Assembly (NCBI GenBank): GCA_002269645.1
Contig: NIVC01002925.1
Span: 65,821 to 129,820 of the forward strand
Source of the DNA: Macrostomum lignano
Lineage: Eukaryota
Reading direction: 5' to 3'
DNA: 64,000 nt
Part shown: positions 36,801 through 48,456 of the stretch, piece after piece
Layout of the letters: each line of letters opens with the position of its first letter
How positions within the stretch are numbered: position 1 is the stretch's first letter
The notes under the pieces: generated by a model
What the model saw: the letters and a program-made list of their open reading frames with translations, nothing else
What the model was told of the DNA's origin: nothing
Database searches by the model: none
Program-made: the position numbers and the translations under genes

Positions 36801-39800
36801 CCGTGAGATACTGTCGGGCTGGCAGACCTCGTCAATGGACGGGTTCGGCCTGAGGTAGCGTAGCCGGTCTCTGGTAAAGAAAGGGCAGTGACAGACAAAG
36901 TGCTGAGCATCTTCATTGTCGCACTCGCAAAAGGGGCAAAGTTCGCTCTCGAGGTCGCCTCGGAGGAAGCAGTGCCTGGCGAGGTAGCCATGGCCGGTAA
37001 GGGTCATGACAAGGGCTCGGATATCCTTCCGATTCTGGTTCAGAAGGATGTTTCTGAGCCTGTGAGACGGGCAAGGAACCGCGGCACGAGATTGCCGGCA
37101 GTTTTGGGTGCCCGCCCATCTGTCCCTGTGGAGGGAGTCAGCCCAGTCGTCGATCTGACGATTGATGACTGTCAAGGGCATAGGGACCAGGGGGGCAGGG
37201 CCGAAGAAAGAGCCAGAGCCGCCCCTCTTGGCGAGGGTGTCTGCCAGCTCGTTCCCCGGAAACCCTGCGTGCCCTGGGATTCGAGAAGGGGGATCTTCTG
37301 AAGTTCCTGAGAATTCGAGAAGCGGGACCTTCTGAAGGACCTCGGGATTCGAGAAACGGGACCTTCTGAAGGACTTCGGGATTCGAGAAGGGGGATCTTC
37401 TGAAGTTCCTGAGAATTCGAGAAGCGGGACCTTCTGAAGGACCTCGGGATTCGAGAAACGGGACCTTCTGAAGGACTTCGGGATTCGAGAAACGGGACCT
37501 TCTGAAGGACCTCAGGATTTGAGAAACGGGACCTTCTGAAGTTCCTGAGGATTCGAGAAACAGGACCTTGTGAAGGACCTCAGGATTCGAAAAAAACGGG
37601 AACTTCTGAAGGTCCTGCAGTCCCACCCACTCCAGCCCACCTGTCAATCTGAACTGCCCCAACCGCCGCGCCGCCCCCAGGCTACCCAACGAAACGGCCG
37701 CGGCAGTACTCGGAGCGCCAGCTGCAGTTCTTCAGCAGCAGCGGGAAGAAGGAGGGCGCGGTCACCAGCCCGGACTTTCCCAGCGCCTACCCGCCGCTCA
37801 CTCGGGTCATCTACCGGTTCTTTGCCGAGCCTGAGGAGACCGTCTGCATCAGCTTCAGCAGCTTCAGCCTGGGCACCGGAACTGGGTGAGCCGATGGAGC
37901 TCAAATCCACACATTTTTCAAATCCCAACTTTTTTCAGATCCCAAATTTTCTAAATCCCAAAAATCCTGATCCGACTTTTTTAGATCCGAAAATTTTCAG
38001 ATCTTAAAATTTTTAAGATCCCTAATTTTTCAGATCCTTAATTGTTTTAATCCTGAATTTTTCAGATCCTAAAATTTTCCAGATCCCAAAATTTTCAGAT
38101 TTGGGATTTGGGATTCAGATCCCGAATTCTTCAGATCCCAAATTTTCTAAATCCCAAAAATCCTGATCCGACTTTTTTAGATCCGAAAATTTTCAGATCT
38201 TAAAATTTTTAAGATCCCTAATTTTTCAGATCCTTAATTGTTTTAATCCTGAATTTTTCAGATCCTAAAATTTTCCAGATCCCAAAATTTTCAGATTTGG
38301 GATTTGGGATTCAGATCCCGAATTTTTCAGATCCTAAATTTTTCAAATCCCACAATTTTCAGATCCCAAAAATTTTCAGATCCTAAATTTTTAAATCCCG
38401 AGTTTTTCTGTTCCTAAAATTTTCGAATCCTAAATTTTTCAGAACCCGAGTTTTTTAGATCCCAAGATTTTCAGATGCCGAAAAGTACAAGCATGTTTCT
38501 AGGAAACCAGCTCCGCCGCCACCCCGCCGACAGGACCTGCGGCCTGGACTTCGCCGGCGACCGCCTGCTGATCTTCGACGGGTACGGCGCCGACTTCAGC
38601 AACCGCGTGTCCGCCCGCTGCGGCAGCCGCTCCGTCGATGACTTCTGGTCGGAGGGCCGCTACCTGACACTCGAGTTCCGCTCCGACGGCGTCGTCGGCC
38701 CTGGCGAGCTCGGCTTTGCCGCCACCTACCGGTTCTTCCGCCGGTCCGCTGTGCCGCCGGAGCCGCCGCGGCCTTCGCCAGCGCCACCCGTCTCGGAGCC
38801 GCCCGCAGCCGACCGCGGCCGCCGCAGCCGTCGACCGCTGAAGCCTCCTCACCCGACTGTCCGGCAGAGCCGGTGGTCATCCGGGGCTCCGCGCCGATGT
38901 CCGGGGTGGCTCGAACTCGCGACTTTCCTCTCGGCTATCGTCGCGGAGTTTGCACCTGGGACCTGCGGGCGGCCGGCGGCGAGCGGATCGTCGTCGAGCT
39001 GCGGCACGTCGACCTCGAGCCGGCGCCAGCGACCGGCGGCGCTCTGAGCGGCTCCGGCTGCAGCGCCAGGAGCTCCGCGGACCGGGTTCTGGTTACAAAG
39101 TTCCTGAAGGAGCCCGGCAGGGAGCGGCAGGAGGCGGCGCCACCGCTGGCCTTCTGCCAGGTGAGCCGCGACCACCCGGTGCGCGTCATGAGCTCGAGTC
39201 TGGGCCGCCTGCTCGTCACTTTCAATGCCACGGCCGACTCGAGGACTCGCGGCGGTCTTGAGTTCGCCTACAGCTTCGTACGGGGTGAGCTCGAGGGCCC
39301 GCGATTGGCTGGGAGGCCTGCGATTGACTGGGAGGCCTGCGATTGGCTGGGAGACCAGCGATTGGCTGGGAGGCCTGCGATTGGCTGGGAGGCCTGCGAT
39401 TGGCTGGGAGGCCTGCGATTGGCTGGGAGGCCTGCGATTGGCTGGGAGACCAGCGATTGGCTGGGAGGCCTGCGATTGGCTGGGAGGCCTGCGATTGGCT
39501 GGGAGATCAGCGATTGGCTGGGAGGCCTGCGATTGGCTGGGAGGCCTGCGATTGGCTGGGAGGCCTGCGATTGGCTGGGAGACCAGCGATTGGCTGGGAG
39601 GCCTGCGATTGGCTGGGAGGCTTGCAATTTGCTTGGAGGCCTGCGATTGGCTGGGAGGCCTGCGATTGGCTGGGAGGGAGGGATTGGTCCTTATACAGCT
39701 TACAAATACTTGTACCGCTTGCTCTTGAACCGCAGACTTCGGTGTGAGCGGCGAGTTCAAGGTGCAGAACCGCAGCGTGGGCTGCTACTTCGAGTTCCGC

Positions 39801-42235
39801 AGCTGGCAGAGCTCCACGGGCAGCTTCACCAGCCCCAACTACCCGCACGCCTACCCGGAGAGCCTGGCCTGCCACTACGTGTTCTTGGCCAGGCCTGAGG
39901 AGCGAATCAGGATTGAGTTCACCAACTATGACACCGAGTCCTCCCGGCTGTGAGTGCGGTTGGGAGATTCTGCCACCCTCCGAGGTTCTTGGTCACGATC
40001 CTAATTAAGTCTCTTTGTGTCTGTTTTTGTTACTCCTTCTTGGTTTCTGTCACTCCCTGTCGGTTTCTGTAACTCCCTGTCGGTTTCTGTCACTCCCTGT
40101 CGGTTTCTGTAACTCCCTGTCGGTTTCTGTCACTCCCTGTCGGTTTCTGTAACTCCCTGTCGGTTTCTGTAACTCCCTGTCGGTTTCTGTAACTCCCTGT
40201 CGGTTTCTGTAACTCCCTGTCGGTTTCTGTAACTCCCTGTCGGTTTCTGTAACTCCCTGTCGGTTTCTGTAACTCCCTGTCGGTTTCTGTAACTCCCTGT
40301 CGGTTTCTGTAACTCCCTGTCGGTTTCTGTAACTCCCTGTCGGTTTCTGTAACTCCCTGTCGGTTTCTGTAACTCCCCTGTCGGTTTCTGTAACTCCCTG
40401 TCGGTTTCTGTAACTCCCTGTCGGTTTCTGTAACTCCCTGTCGGTTTCTGTAACTCCCTGTCGGTTTCTGTAACTCCCTGTCGGTTTCTGTAACTCCCTG
40501 TCGGTTTCTGTAACTGCCAGCTACTCTCGGTCACTCCCAGTTGCTCTCAGTCACTCCCAGCTATTCTCAGTGACTCCCAGCTGCTCTCAGTCACTCCCAG
40601 CTGCTCTCAGTCACTCCAAGCTGCTCTCAGTCACTCCAAGCTGCTCTCAGTCACTCCAAGCTACTCTCAGTCACTCCAAGCTGCTCTCAGTCACTCCAAG
40701 CTACTCTCAGTCACTCCAAGCTGCTCTCAGTCACTCCAAGCTACTCTCGGTCTCTCCAAGCTGCTCTCAGTCACTCCAAGCTGCTCTCAGTCTCTCCAAG
40801 CTGCTCTCAGTCACTCCAAGCTACTCTCAGTCACTCCAAGCTGCTCTCAGTCACTCCAAGCTGCTCTCAGTCTCTCCAAGCTGCTCTCAGTCACTCCAAG
40901 CTGCTCTCAGTCTCTCCAAGCTGCTCTCAGTCACTCCAAGCTACTCTCAGTCACTCCAAGCTGCTCTCAGTCACTCCAAGCTGCTCTCAGTCTCTCCAAG
41001 CTGCTCTCAGTCACTCCAAGCTGCTCTCAGTCACTCCCAATAAAAAATCCCCCCGTCACACCAGCTGCTTGCCAGGCGACAGTGACTACGTGCTGGTGGA
41101 GGAGTGCCACCGACCCAACTACAGGCTGCAGACGTTCTGCGGCAAGCCGGAGCCGGGCACCGCCTACTCGGTGACTCGGCGGACCTCCTGCCTGCGGCTC
41201 AGCTTCGTCAGCAACAGCCACTACTCCGCTGCGGGCTTCCACGCGAACTACTTCTTTGAGGGGCGAACCAGTGAGTGACCGGCATTCGCTCCTTAGCATG
41301 TGACGGGTGTCAGTGAGGGATGTGATGGGTCAGGGGGTGTCAGTGAAGGATGTGATGGGTCAGGGGGTGTCAGTGAGGAATGTGATGGGTCAGGGGGTGT
41401 CAGTGAGGAATGTGATGGGTCAGGGGGTGTCAGTGAGGGATGTGATGGGTCAGGGGGTGTCAGTGAGGGATGTGATGGGTCAGGGGGTGTCAGTGAGGGA
41501 TGTGATGGGTCAGGGGGTGTCAGTGAGGGGTGTGATGGGTCAGGGGGTGTCAGTGAGGGATGTGATGGATCAGGGGGTGTCAGTGAGGGGTGTGATGGAT
41601 CAGGGGGTGTCAGTGAGGGGTGTGATGGGTCAGGGGGTGTCAGTGAGGGATGTGATGGGTCAGAGGGTGTCAGTGAGGGATGTGATGGGTCAGGGGGTGT
41701 CAGTGAGGGATGTGATGGGTCAGGGGGTGTCAGTGAGGGATGTGATGGGTCAGGGGGTGTCAGTGAGGGATGTGATGGGTCAGGCAGGGGGTATCAGTGA
41801 GGGATGTGATGGGTCAGAGGGTGTCAGTGAGGGATGTGATGGGTCAGGCAGGGGGTATCAGTGAGGGATGTGATGGGTCAGAGGGTGTCAGTGAGGGATG
41901 TGATGGGTCAGGGGGTGTCAGTGAGGGATGTGATGGATCAGGGGGTGTCAGTGAGGGATGTGATGGGTCAGAGGGTGTCAGTGAGGGATGTGATGGGTCA
42001 GGGGGTGTCAGTGAGGGATGTGATGGGTCAGGGGGTGTCAGTGAGGGATGTGATGGGTCAGGGGTTTCAAGGGTGTCTTAGACTAGCTCTGTGATTCAAT
42101 CACGAACCGTCCCGCCCCGAAGGTACAGGCGTACTTTTTTCCGGTCTCAACAATGGAGCTCCTCCGGCCGCCGAGTGCCCTTGGCTGAGCCGTCAGCTTG
42201 CTGCACCGCTGTTGCTGATGGCATGGCAACTCTGA
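27803..42235 (+). CDS. sol-1: Secreted or membrane-anchored protein with five CUB domains, SOL-1 (suppressor of lurcher)-like
   Basis: Exons 27803-27881 (signal peptide MSAPCCWQRLLILCCTGLLLSQAVQQ), 32289-32478, 34485-34693, 35706-36212, 37681-37885, 38534-39284 (frame break near 38830-38866), 39736-39949, 41065-41270, 42123-42235. Phases join. Repeated G.F.SP..P..YP...C.Y.F.A...E.I.+.F CUB motifs. CRC..F.S and CLLYVF at the start, and Y..DG......CD..F between domains 1 and 2, resemble SOL-1. CUB call is firm; orthology is less so. Confidence 0.7.
28058..28942. repeat. Intronic minisatellite, 41 bp (GCTGTAGTAGCCTAATTAACATATGCTAGTGATTCTAGTAA)
   Basis: Direct inspection. Confidence 0.95.
32500..33298. 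repeat. Intronic minisatellite, 15 bp (GAGTAGAATATCTGG)
   Basis: Direct inspection. Confidence 0.96.
33948..34335. repeat. Intronic 11-bp repeat (TTAGGTGTGTT / TTAGGTGTGGT)
   Basis: Direct inspection. Confidence 0.93.
34705..35043. repeat. Intronic 17-bp repeat (CTCCCTGCTCACACAGC)
   Basis: Direct inspection. Confidence 0.95.
35365..35705. repeat. Intronic 42-bp repeat that includes the 3' splice site
   Basis: Unit AGCAGCACTGACACACACTGTGTCCTCTCCCTCACCCGGCAG; the last CAG (35703-35705) is the real acceptor. Confidence 0.93.
36265..37620. repeat. Intronic 34-bp repeat (GGGACCTTCTGAAGTTCCTGAGGATTCGAGAAGC) interrupted by a LINE fragment
   Basis: Arrays at 36265-36606 and 37277-37620. Confidence 0.92.
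36607..37276 (-). mobile_element. 5'-truncated non-LTR retrotransposon (RNase H-bearing, I/R1/Tad1/Loa group)
   Basis: GHAGFPGNELADTLAKRG (RNase H C-terminus), then after a frameshift LTGHGYLARH...LCPFC...EDAQHFVCHCP (CCHC); AAGT-type tail; flanking 17-bp duplication GGATTCGAGAAGGGGGA. Confidence 0.88.
37915..38474. repeat. Degenerate AT-rich intronic repeat (TTTTCAGATCCCAAA) with an internal ~200-bp duplication
   Basis: Direct inspection. Confidence 0.85.
39295..39680. repeat. Intronic 19-bp repeat (GCGATTGGCTGGGAGGCCT)
   Basis: Direct inspection. Confidence 0.95.
40025..41040. repeat. Two abutting intronic 20-bp arrays
   Basis: CTGTCGGTTTCTGTAACTCC to ~40515, then CTGCTCTCAGTCACTCCAAG. 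Confidence 0.95.
41300..42065. repeat. Intronic 30-bp repeat (GTCAGGGGGTGTCAGTGAGGGATGTGATGG)
   Basis: Direct inspection. Confidence 0.95.
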
Positions 42236-42429
42236 TCTGAAACCCGCTGATCAGGGCGCACCAAATGCAACTGCAGAAGTTCATCTGTGCCATTCATTTG
42301 TGCATGCCTGACATTAATGTCAATTTCATGGGTCTCTTGTCTTCGAAATCAAATCAATTCCTGACATCGTTAACATGTTAAACTTGAAACTTCATAACAC
42401 TGCGATCAATCCTAACATAGCTCTCATCG

Positions 42430-42830
42430 CAAATCTCACCATTAATCTTTTTGTTCCCATCTCTAATCTCATCATGAACCTCATTGATCCCATCTTAATC
42501 TCATCATGAACCTCATTGATCCCATCTCTAATCTCACTATTAATCTCATTGGTCCCATCTCTAATCTCATTGGTCCCATCTCTAATCTCATCATGAATCT
42601 CATTGATTCCATCTCCAATCTCACCATGAATCCCATTGATTCCATCTCCAATCTCACCATGAATCCCATTGATGCCATCTCTAATCTCATCATGAATCTC
42701 ATTGATCCCATCTCTAATCTCACCATGAATCCCATTGATCCCATCTCCAATCTCACCATGAATCTCATTGATCCCATCTCTAATTTCATCGTGAATCTCA
42801 TTGTTCCTATGTCTAATCGCTATGATTAAT
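42430..42830. repeat. 33-bp repeat (ATTGATCCCATCTCTAATCTCACCATGAATCTC)
   Basis: Direct inspection. Confidence 0.9.
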
Positions 42831-43240
42831 CTTAGTCATTTCTTCATTCTTATCTCATGATAAACCTCGCCTTTTCCTGCCTACCTCTTGTGCTGCACCT
42901 GTAAGAAGAGAAGGATTAGAAATTTTACTGACCGGATAGTCACGGCTGAGCTGTATTCTATGACAAGCATTATTATTATGCTTTCCAGTACTGGCACTGT
43001 CTGCTCACTCAGTATTGCAAATGTTTAGAAATTATCAAATTTTTCTCTATTGAATACAGCATTGAAATACAGGCATATGGCTGACAACTATTAATACAGC
43101 AAGTATTCATTTCTGTTTAATTTCAAGTTATTCTGCTACTGCTTCTGGCTGACTACTTTTAGTAATGCAAATATAAAATATCTGAAAATCAGCTTTTTCT
43201 GATGCAAATCAAGAATGGTAAATAAAATAGAAATAGCGGT

Positions 43241-43578
43241 AAGCACCCTGCAGTCAGACTGGTCAGCACCCTGCAGTCAGGCTGGTCAGCACCCTGCAGT
43301 CAGGCTGGTCAGCACCCTGCAGTCAGGCTGGTCAGCACCCTGCAGTCAGGCTGGTCAGCACCCTGCAGTCAGACTGGTCAGCACCCTGCAGTCAGACTGG
43401 TCAGCACCCTGCAGTCAGGCTGGTCAGCACCCTGCAGTCAGACTGGTCAGCACCCTGCAGTCAGACTGGTCAGCACCCTGCAGTCAGACTGGTCAGCACC
43501 CTGCAGTCAGACTGGTCAGCACCCTGCAGTCAGACTGGTCAGCACCCTGCAGTCAGGCTGGTCAGCACCCTGCAGTCA
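43241..43578. repeat. 23-bp repeat (GCACCCTGCAGTCAGACTGGTCA)
   Basis: Direct inspection. Confidence 0.95.
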
Positions 43579-44049
43579 GGCCAGTTCCCCATAACCTGGC
43601 GAATCCCGTCAGCTGTGCAAAAGCACGCGACAAAACAAAGATAAGCAAAGCTGCCTCAGTGCCACTCGCAAATTCCCTATATGAATTTTTAATATCCCGT
43701 AAGTGCCAGCCAGGGGCGGCAGCGCTAGCGCAATCCAGACTCCCAGAGGATCTTTGATAAAAAATGAAATCCCCCAACCCTGCCCGGCTGTCCAAAGTGG
43801 TGAAGCTGTGGCACACGCAGCAGACGGCAGAGATGAAGAATCTGCCCTTTGCCTGCCGCGGGCAGCACTGCAGGAATGCCGACGGCACACGAAATGAGGA
43901 AATTTGCTGAAGGTAATGAAAATCACAAGCACCGCCTGTTTGTCAAAAAATGAACCGAAAAATACTTCGTATTGGTTCGTGTTGATGAAGATAGCTTGTG
44001 CTGCAACAGTCACACTGCCGTACTTGCACCTCGAACTACCCTCCATCAA

Positions 44050-45552
44050 AATGCTTTACCCTCTGCTCCAATGCTTTACCCTCTGCTCCAATGCTTTACC
44101 CTCTGCTCCAATGCTTTACCCTCTGCCCCAATGCTTTACCCTCTGCCCCAATGCTTTACCCTCTGCCCCAATGCTTTACCCTCTGCCAAAATACTTTACC
44201 CTCTTCCAAAGTGCTTTACCCTCTTCCAAAGTGCTTTACCCTCTGCCTCAATGCTTTACCCTCTGCCCCAATGCTTTACCCTCTGCTCCAATGCTTTACC
44301 CTCTGCCCCAATGCTTTACCCTCTGCCCCAATGCTTTACCCTCTGCCAAAATACTTTACCCTCTTCCAAAGTGCTTTACCCTCTTCCAAAGTGCTTTACC
44401 CTCTGCCCCAATGCTTTACCCTCTGCCAAAATACTTTACCCTCTTCCAAAGTGCTTTACCCTCTTCCAAAGTGCTTTACCCTCTGCCCCAATGCTTTACC
44501 CTCTGCCCCAATGCTTTACCCTCTGCCCCAATGCTTTACCCTCTGCCAAAATACTTTACCCTCTTCCAAAGTGCTTTACCCTCTTCCAAAGTGCTTTACC
44601 CTCTGCCCCAATGCTTTACCCTCTGCTCCAATGCTTTACCCTCTGCTCCAATGCTTTACCCTCTGCTCCAATGCTTTACCCTCTGCTCCAATGCTTTACC
44701 CTCTGCTCCAATGCTTTACCCTCTGCTCCAATGCTTTACCCTCTGCTCCAATGCTTTACCCTCTGCTCCAATGCTTTACCCTCTGCCCCAATGCTTTACC
44801 CTCTGCCCCAATGCTTTACCCTCTGCCCCAATGCTTTACCCTCTGCCCCAATGCTTTACCCTCTGCCCCAATGCTTTACCCTCTGCCCCAATGCTTTACC
44901 CTCTGCCCCAATGCTTTACCCTCTGCCCCAATGCTTTACCCTCTGCCCCAATGCTTTACCCTCTGCCCCAATGCTTTACCCTCTGCCCCAATGCTTTACC
45001 CTCTGCCAAAATACTTTACCCTCTTCCAAAGTGCTTTACCCTCTTCCAAAGTGCTTTACCCTCTGCCCCAATGCTTTACCCTCTGCCCCAATGCTTTACC
45101 CTCTGCTCCAATGCTTTACCCTCTGCCCCAATGCTTTACCCTCTGCCCCAATGCTTTACCCTCTGCTCCAATGCTTAAACCTCTGCTCGAATGCTTTACC
45201 CTCTGCTCCAATGCTTTACCCTCTGCTCCAATGCTTTACCCTCTGCTCCAATGCTTTACCCTCTGCTCCAATGCTTTACCCTCTGCCCCAATGCTTTACC
45301 CTCTGCCCCAATGCTTTACCCTCTGCCCCAATGCTTTACCCTCTGCCCCAATGCTTTACCCTCTGCCCCAATGCTTTACCCTCTGCCCCAATGCTTTACC
45401 CTCTGCCCCAATGCTTTACCCTCTGCCCCAATGCTTTACCCTCTGCCCCAATGCTTTACCCTCTGCCCCAATGCTTTACCCTCTGCCCCAATGCTTTACC
45501 CTCTGCCCCAATGCTTTACCCTCTGCCCCAATGCTTTACCCTCTTCCCCAAT
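44050..45552. repeat. 20-bp repeat (ATGCTTTACCCTCTGCCCCA), ~75 copies
   Basis: Direct inspection. Confidence 0.96.
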
Positions 45553-45996
45553 GCAACCGCCGAGAAAATTTCAACAAGCCTGCCCATCATCAAATTGAGA
45601 ACAATCAGGGAACTCCAGCTTCATCGCTTATCGTATCGATCTGTGCCAAGCTCAGATCCCGCTAAGCTGGCAAAAGCACTTGCAGTGAGTTTATTGCGAC
45701 CCAGTAATGCAGAGACAACACCGAAAATAACATATTGAATAGTCATTCAGTAGAGAAAGGCAACAAAGGTAAATTAAATATATTAAGTTTCAATAAAAAA
45801 TGTTCCTGTTTAAAATAGTACTGAGTTTTTTATAACACGGCGCAACCAATTTCGTTATTAGCCATAAAGCCGGAAAACTATGAAGTTTGGAACAACAGTA
45901 AAAGCGACCGAGAATCCAATCAATACGAGTAAAACAAATTTAGGGGAATTTAAACAAAAATATGTTTGAGAAACGATTCGGCTTGAAAAAATTGGT

Positions 45997-46565
45997 CAGA
46001 AAGGACTGACAATTGGTCAGTAAGGACTGATAATTGGTCAGTAAGGACTGATAATTAGTCAGGAAGGACTGATAATTGGTCAGTAAAGACTGATAATTGG
46101 TCAGTAAGGACTGATAATTGGTCAGTAAGGACTGATAATTGGTCAGTAAAGACTGCTAATTAGTCAGGAAGGACTGATAATTGGTCAGTAAGGACTGATA
46201 ATTGGTCAGTAAGGACTGATAATTGGTCAGTAAAGACTGCTAATTAGTCAGGAAGGACTGATAATTGGTCAGTAAGGACTGATAATTGGTCAGTAAGGAC
46301 TGATAATTGGTCAGTAAAGACTGCTAATTAGTCAGGAAGGACTGATAATTGGTCAGTAAGGACTGATAATTGGTCAGTAAGGACTGATAATTGGTCAGTA
46401 AGGACTGATAATTGGTCAGTAAAGACTGCTAATTAGTCAGGAAGGACCTATAATTGGTCAGACTGATAATTGGTCAGGAAAGACTGATAATTGGTCAGTA
46501 AAGACTGGTAATTGGTCAGTAAAGACTGATAATTGGTCAGTAAAGACTGGTAATTGGTCAGGAAA
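45997..46565. repeat. 21-bp repeat (AAGGACTGATAATTGGTCAGT)
   Basis: Direct inspection. Confidence 0.94.
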
Positions 46566-47214
46566 GTACGCACCCATGGTCAGTCCCAGTGGATTAAATA
46601 AGGAGAGCATAAAGTTTATAGTAGATTACGCGTAATTAGAGGTGAGGTAAAGTTTATGTTGCAGCTGGAAATTTGAGTCACAAAAGTGATCAAGAAAATT
46701 TAGACAGCAAGCAAAGGTTCAAAGTTCAAAGGTTGCATAGCACTGCAAGACTGTGAAAAATGTCTGACTTTGTGACTAAACCAAATGAATTGAGATTCGC
46801 ATGCATCATTGCTGTGAATATAAACAACCCACAAATATTGTAGTCGGAAACCTGCGCAGAGTCAAACGACGGAGTGCCTCGGGGACTTTCGCTACTAACA
46901 TAAGTAGCTTTGATAGCGCATTCCAGTAAAAAGTGTAAAGAAAATTTATTCAAAAGCTATAGAAGCGCACAATATTCGGAATAGCGAGGAAAAGACAGAC
47001 GGGTACATTAAGAGAGCGTTGTATTAAACAGCGATACAACACGAATATTGGTTAGACTGAGCGTAAGGAAATTTATGTATATATATATATAGACAATGCT
47101 TCGATAACAATACCATACTACTAACACTTCAGCAGTAGGCAAATCGGACCAGAGTTGCTAAAAATAGAAGGATAGAAGATAATTAGATAATGTAGAGGCT
47201 AACAGAGCACAGGA

Positions 47215-48456
47215 TCAGACATCTACCACCATCTTTTTGTGAACGTCCAGACCGCTGACCAAGTCGCAGAACTCCTCATAGGAGATTCTGCCGTCCCCGT
47301 CTTTGTCAGCAAAGATGATGGTTTTGTCAACAATCTGCTGCAACTGAGTGTCCTTCAGATTGTTGCCGACCATCATTTTCAGCACCTGGCGGTGAATGAG
47401 TGGGTGGCTCGTGAGAACAGCAGTTCACTCTGTGAACAGTGTGTGAGAACAGCAGTTCACTCTGTGTGAACAGTGTGCGAGAATAGCAGTTCACTCTGTG
47501 TGAACAGTGTGCGAGAATAGCAGTTCACTCTGCGTGAACAGTGTGCGAGAATAGCAGTTCACTCTGCGTGAACAGTGTGCGAGAATAGCAGTTCACTCTG
47601 CGTGAACAGTGTGCGAGAATAGCAGTTCACTCTGTGTGAACAGTGTGCGAGAAAAGCAGTTCACTCTGTGTGAACAGTGTGCGAGAATAGCAGTTCACTC
47701 TGTGTGAACAGTGCGTGAGAATGTTCACTCTGTGTGAACAGTGTTGTGAGAATAGCAGTTGAATATGTGTGAACAGTGTGCGAGAAAAGCAGTTCACTCT
47801 GTGTGAACAGTGTGTGAGAATAGCAGTTCACTCTGCGTGAACAGTGTGTGAGAAAAGCAGTTCACTCTGTGTGAACAGTGTGCGAGAAAAGCAGTTCACT
47901 CTGTGTGAACAGTGTGCGAGAATAGCAGTTCACTCTGTGTGAACAGTGCGTGAGAATGTTCACTCTGTGTGAACAGTGTTGTGAGAATAGCAGTTCACTC
48001 TGTGTGAACAGTGCGAGAATAGCAGTTCACTCTGTGTGAACGGTGCGTGAAAATAGCAGTTCACTCTGCGTGAACAGTGCGTGAGAATAGCAGTTCACTC
48101 TGATCAGGCCCCGAACATACCTGGAACAGCTCGCCATTGCTGATGAAGCCGTCCTTGTCAATATCGTAGATCTTAAACGCGAAACGCAGTTTGGCCTCCT
48201 TGTCGCCCTTCACAGAGAACTGGGAAACGCCGTCAATGAACTCTTTGAAGTCCACCTCGCCATTCTGGTCTGTGTCGAAGATGTCGATGACACGCTGGAC
48301 CAGCGGGTTCTGCTGCAGCTCAGGCAGAGACATGAATTCGTCCACCGAGAGGCTTCCAGACCCATCGATATCCAGCTTCTTGAATCGCTTGCCCAGCCGC
48401 TTCAGCTCCTCCATGTCGAATGTGGAGCACATGTCTGCCGGCAACGTGTTTCCCAT
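47215..48456 (-). CDS. PPP3R1: Calcineurin regulatory subunit B, 168 aa, exons 48121-48456 and 47215-47385
   Basis: MGN...[56 protein letters not shown]...GELFQ|[37 protein letters not shown]...[11 protein letters not shown]; four EF hands; N-terminal Gly2 retained. Confidence 0.97.
47400..48100. repeat. Intronic ~34-bp repeat (GTGTGAACAGTGTGCGAGAATAGCAGTTCACTCT) filling the calcineurin B intron
   Basis: Direct inspection. Confidence 0.94.
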
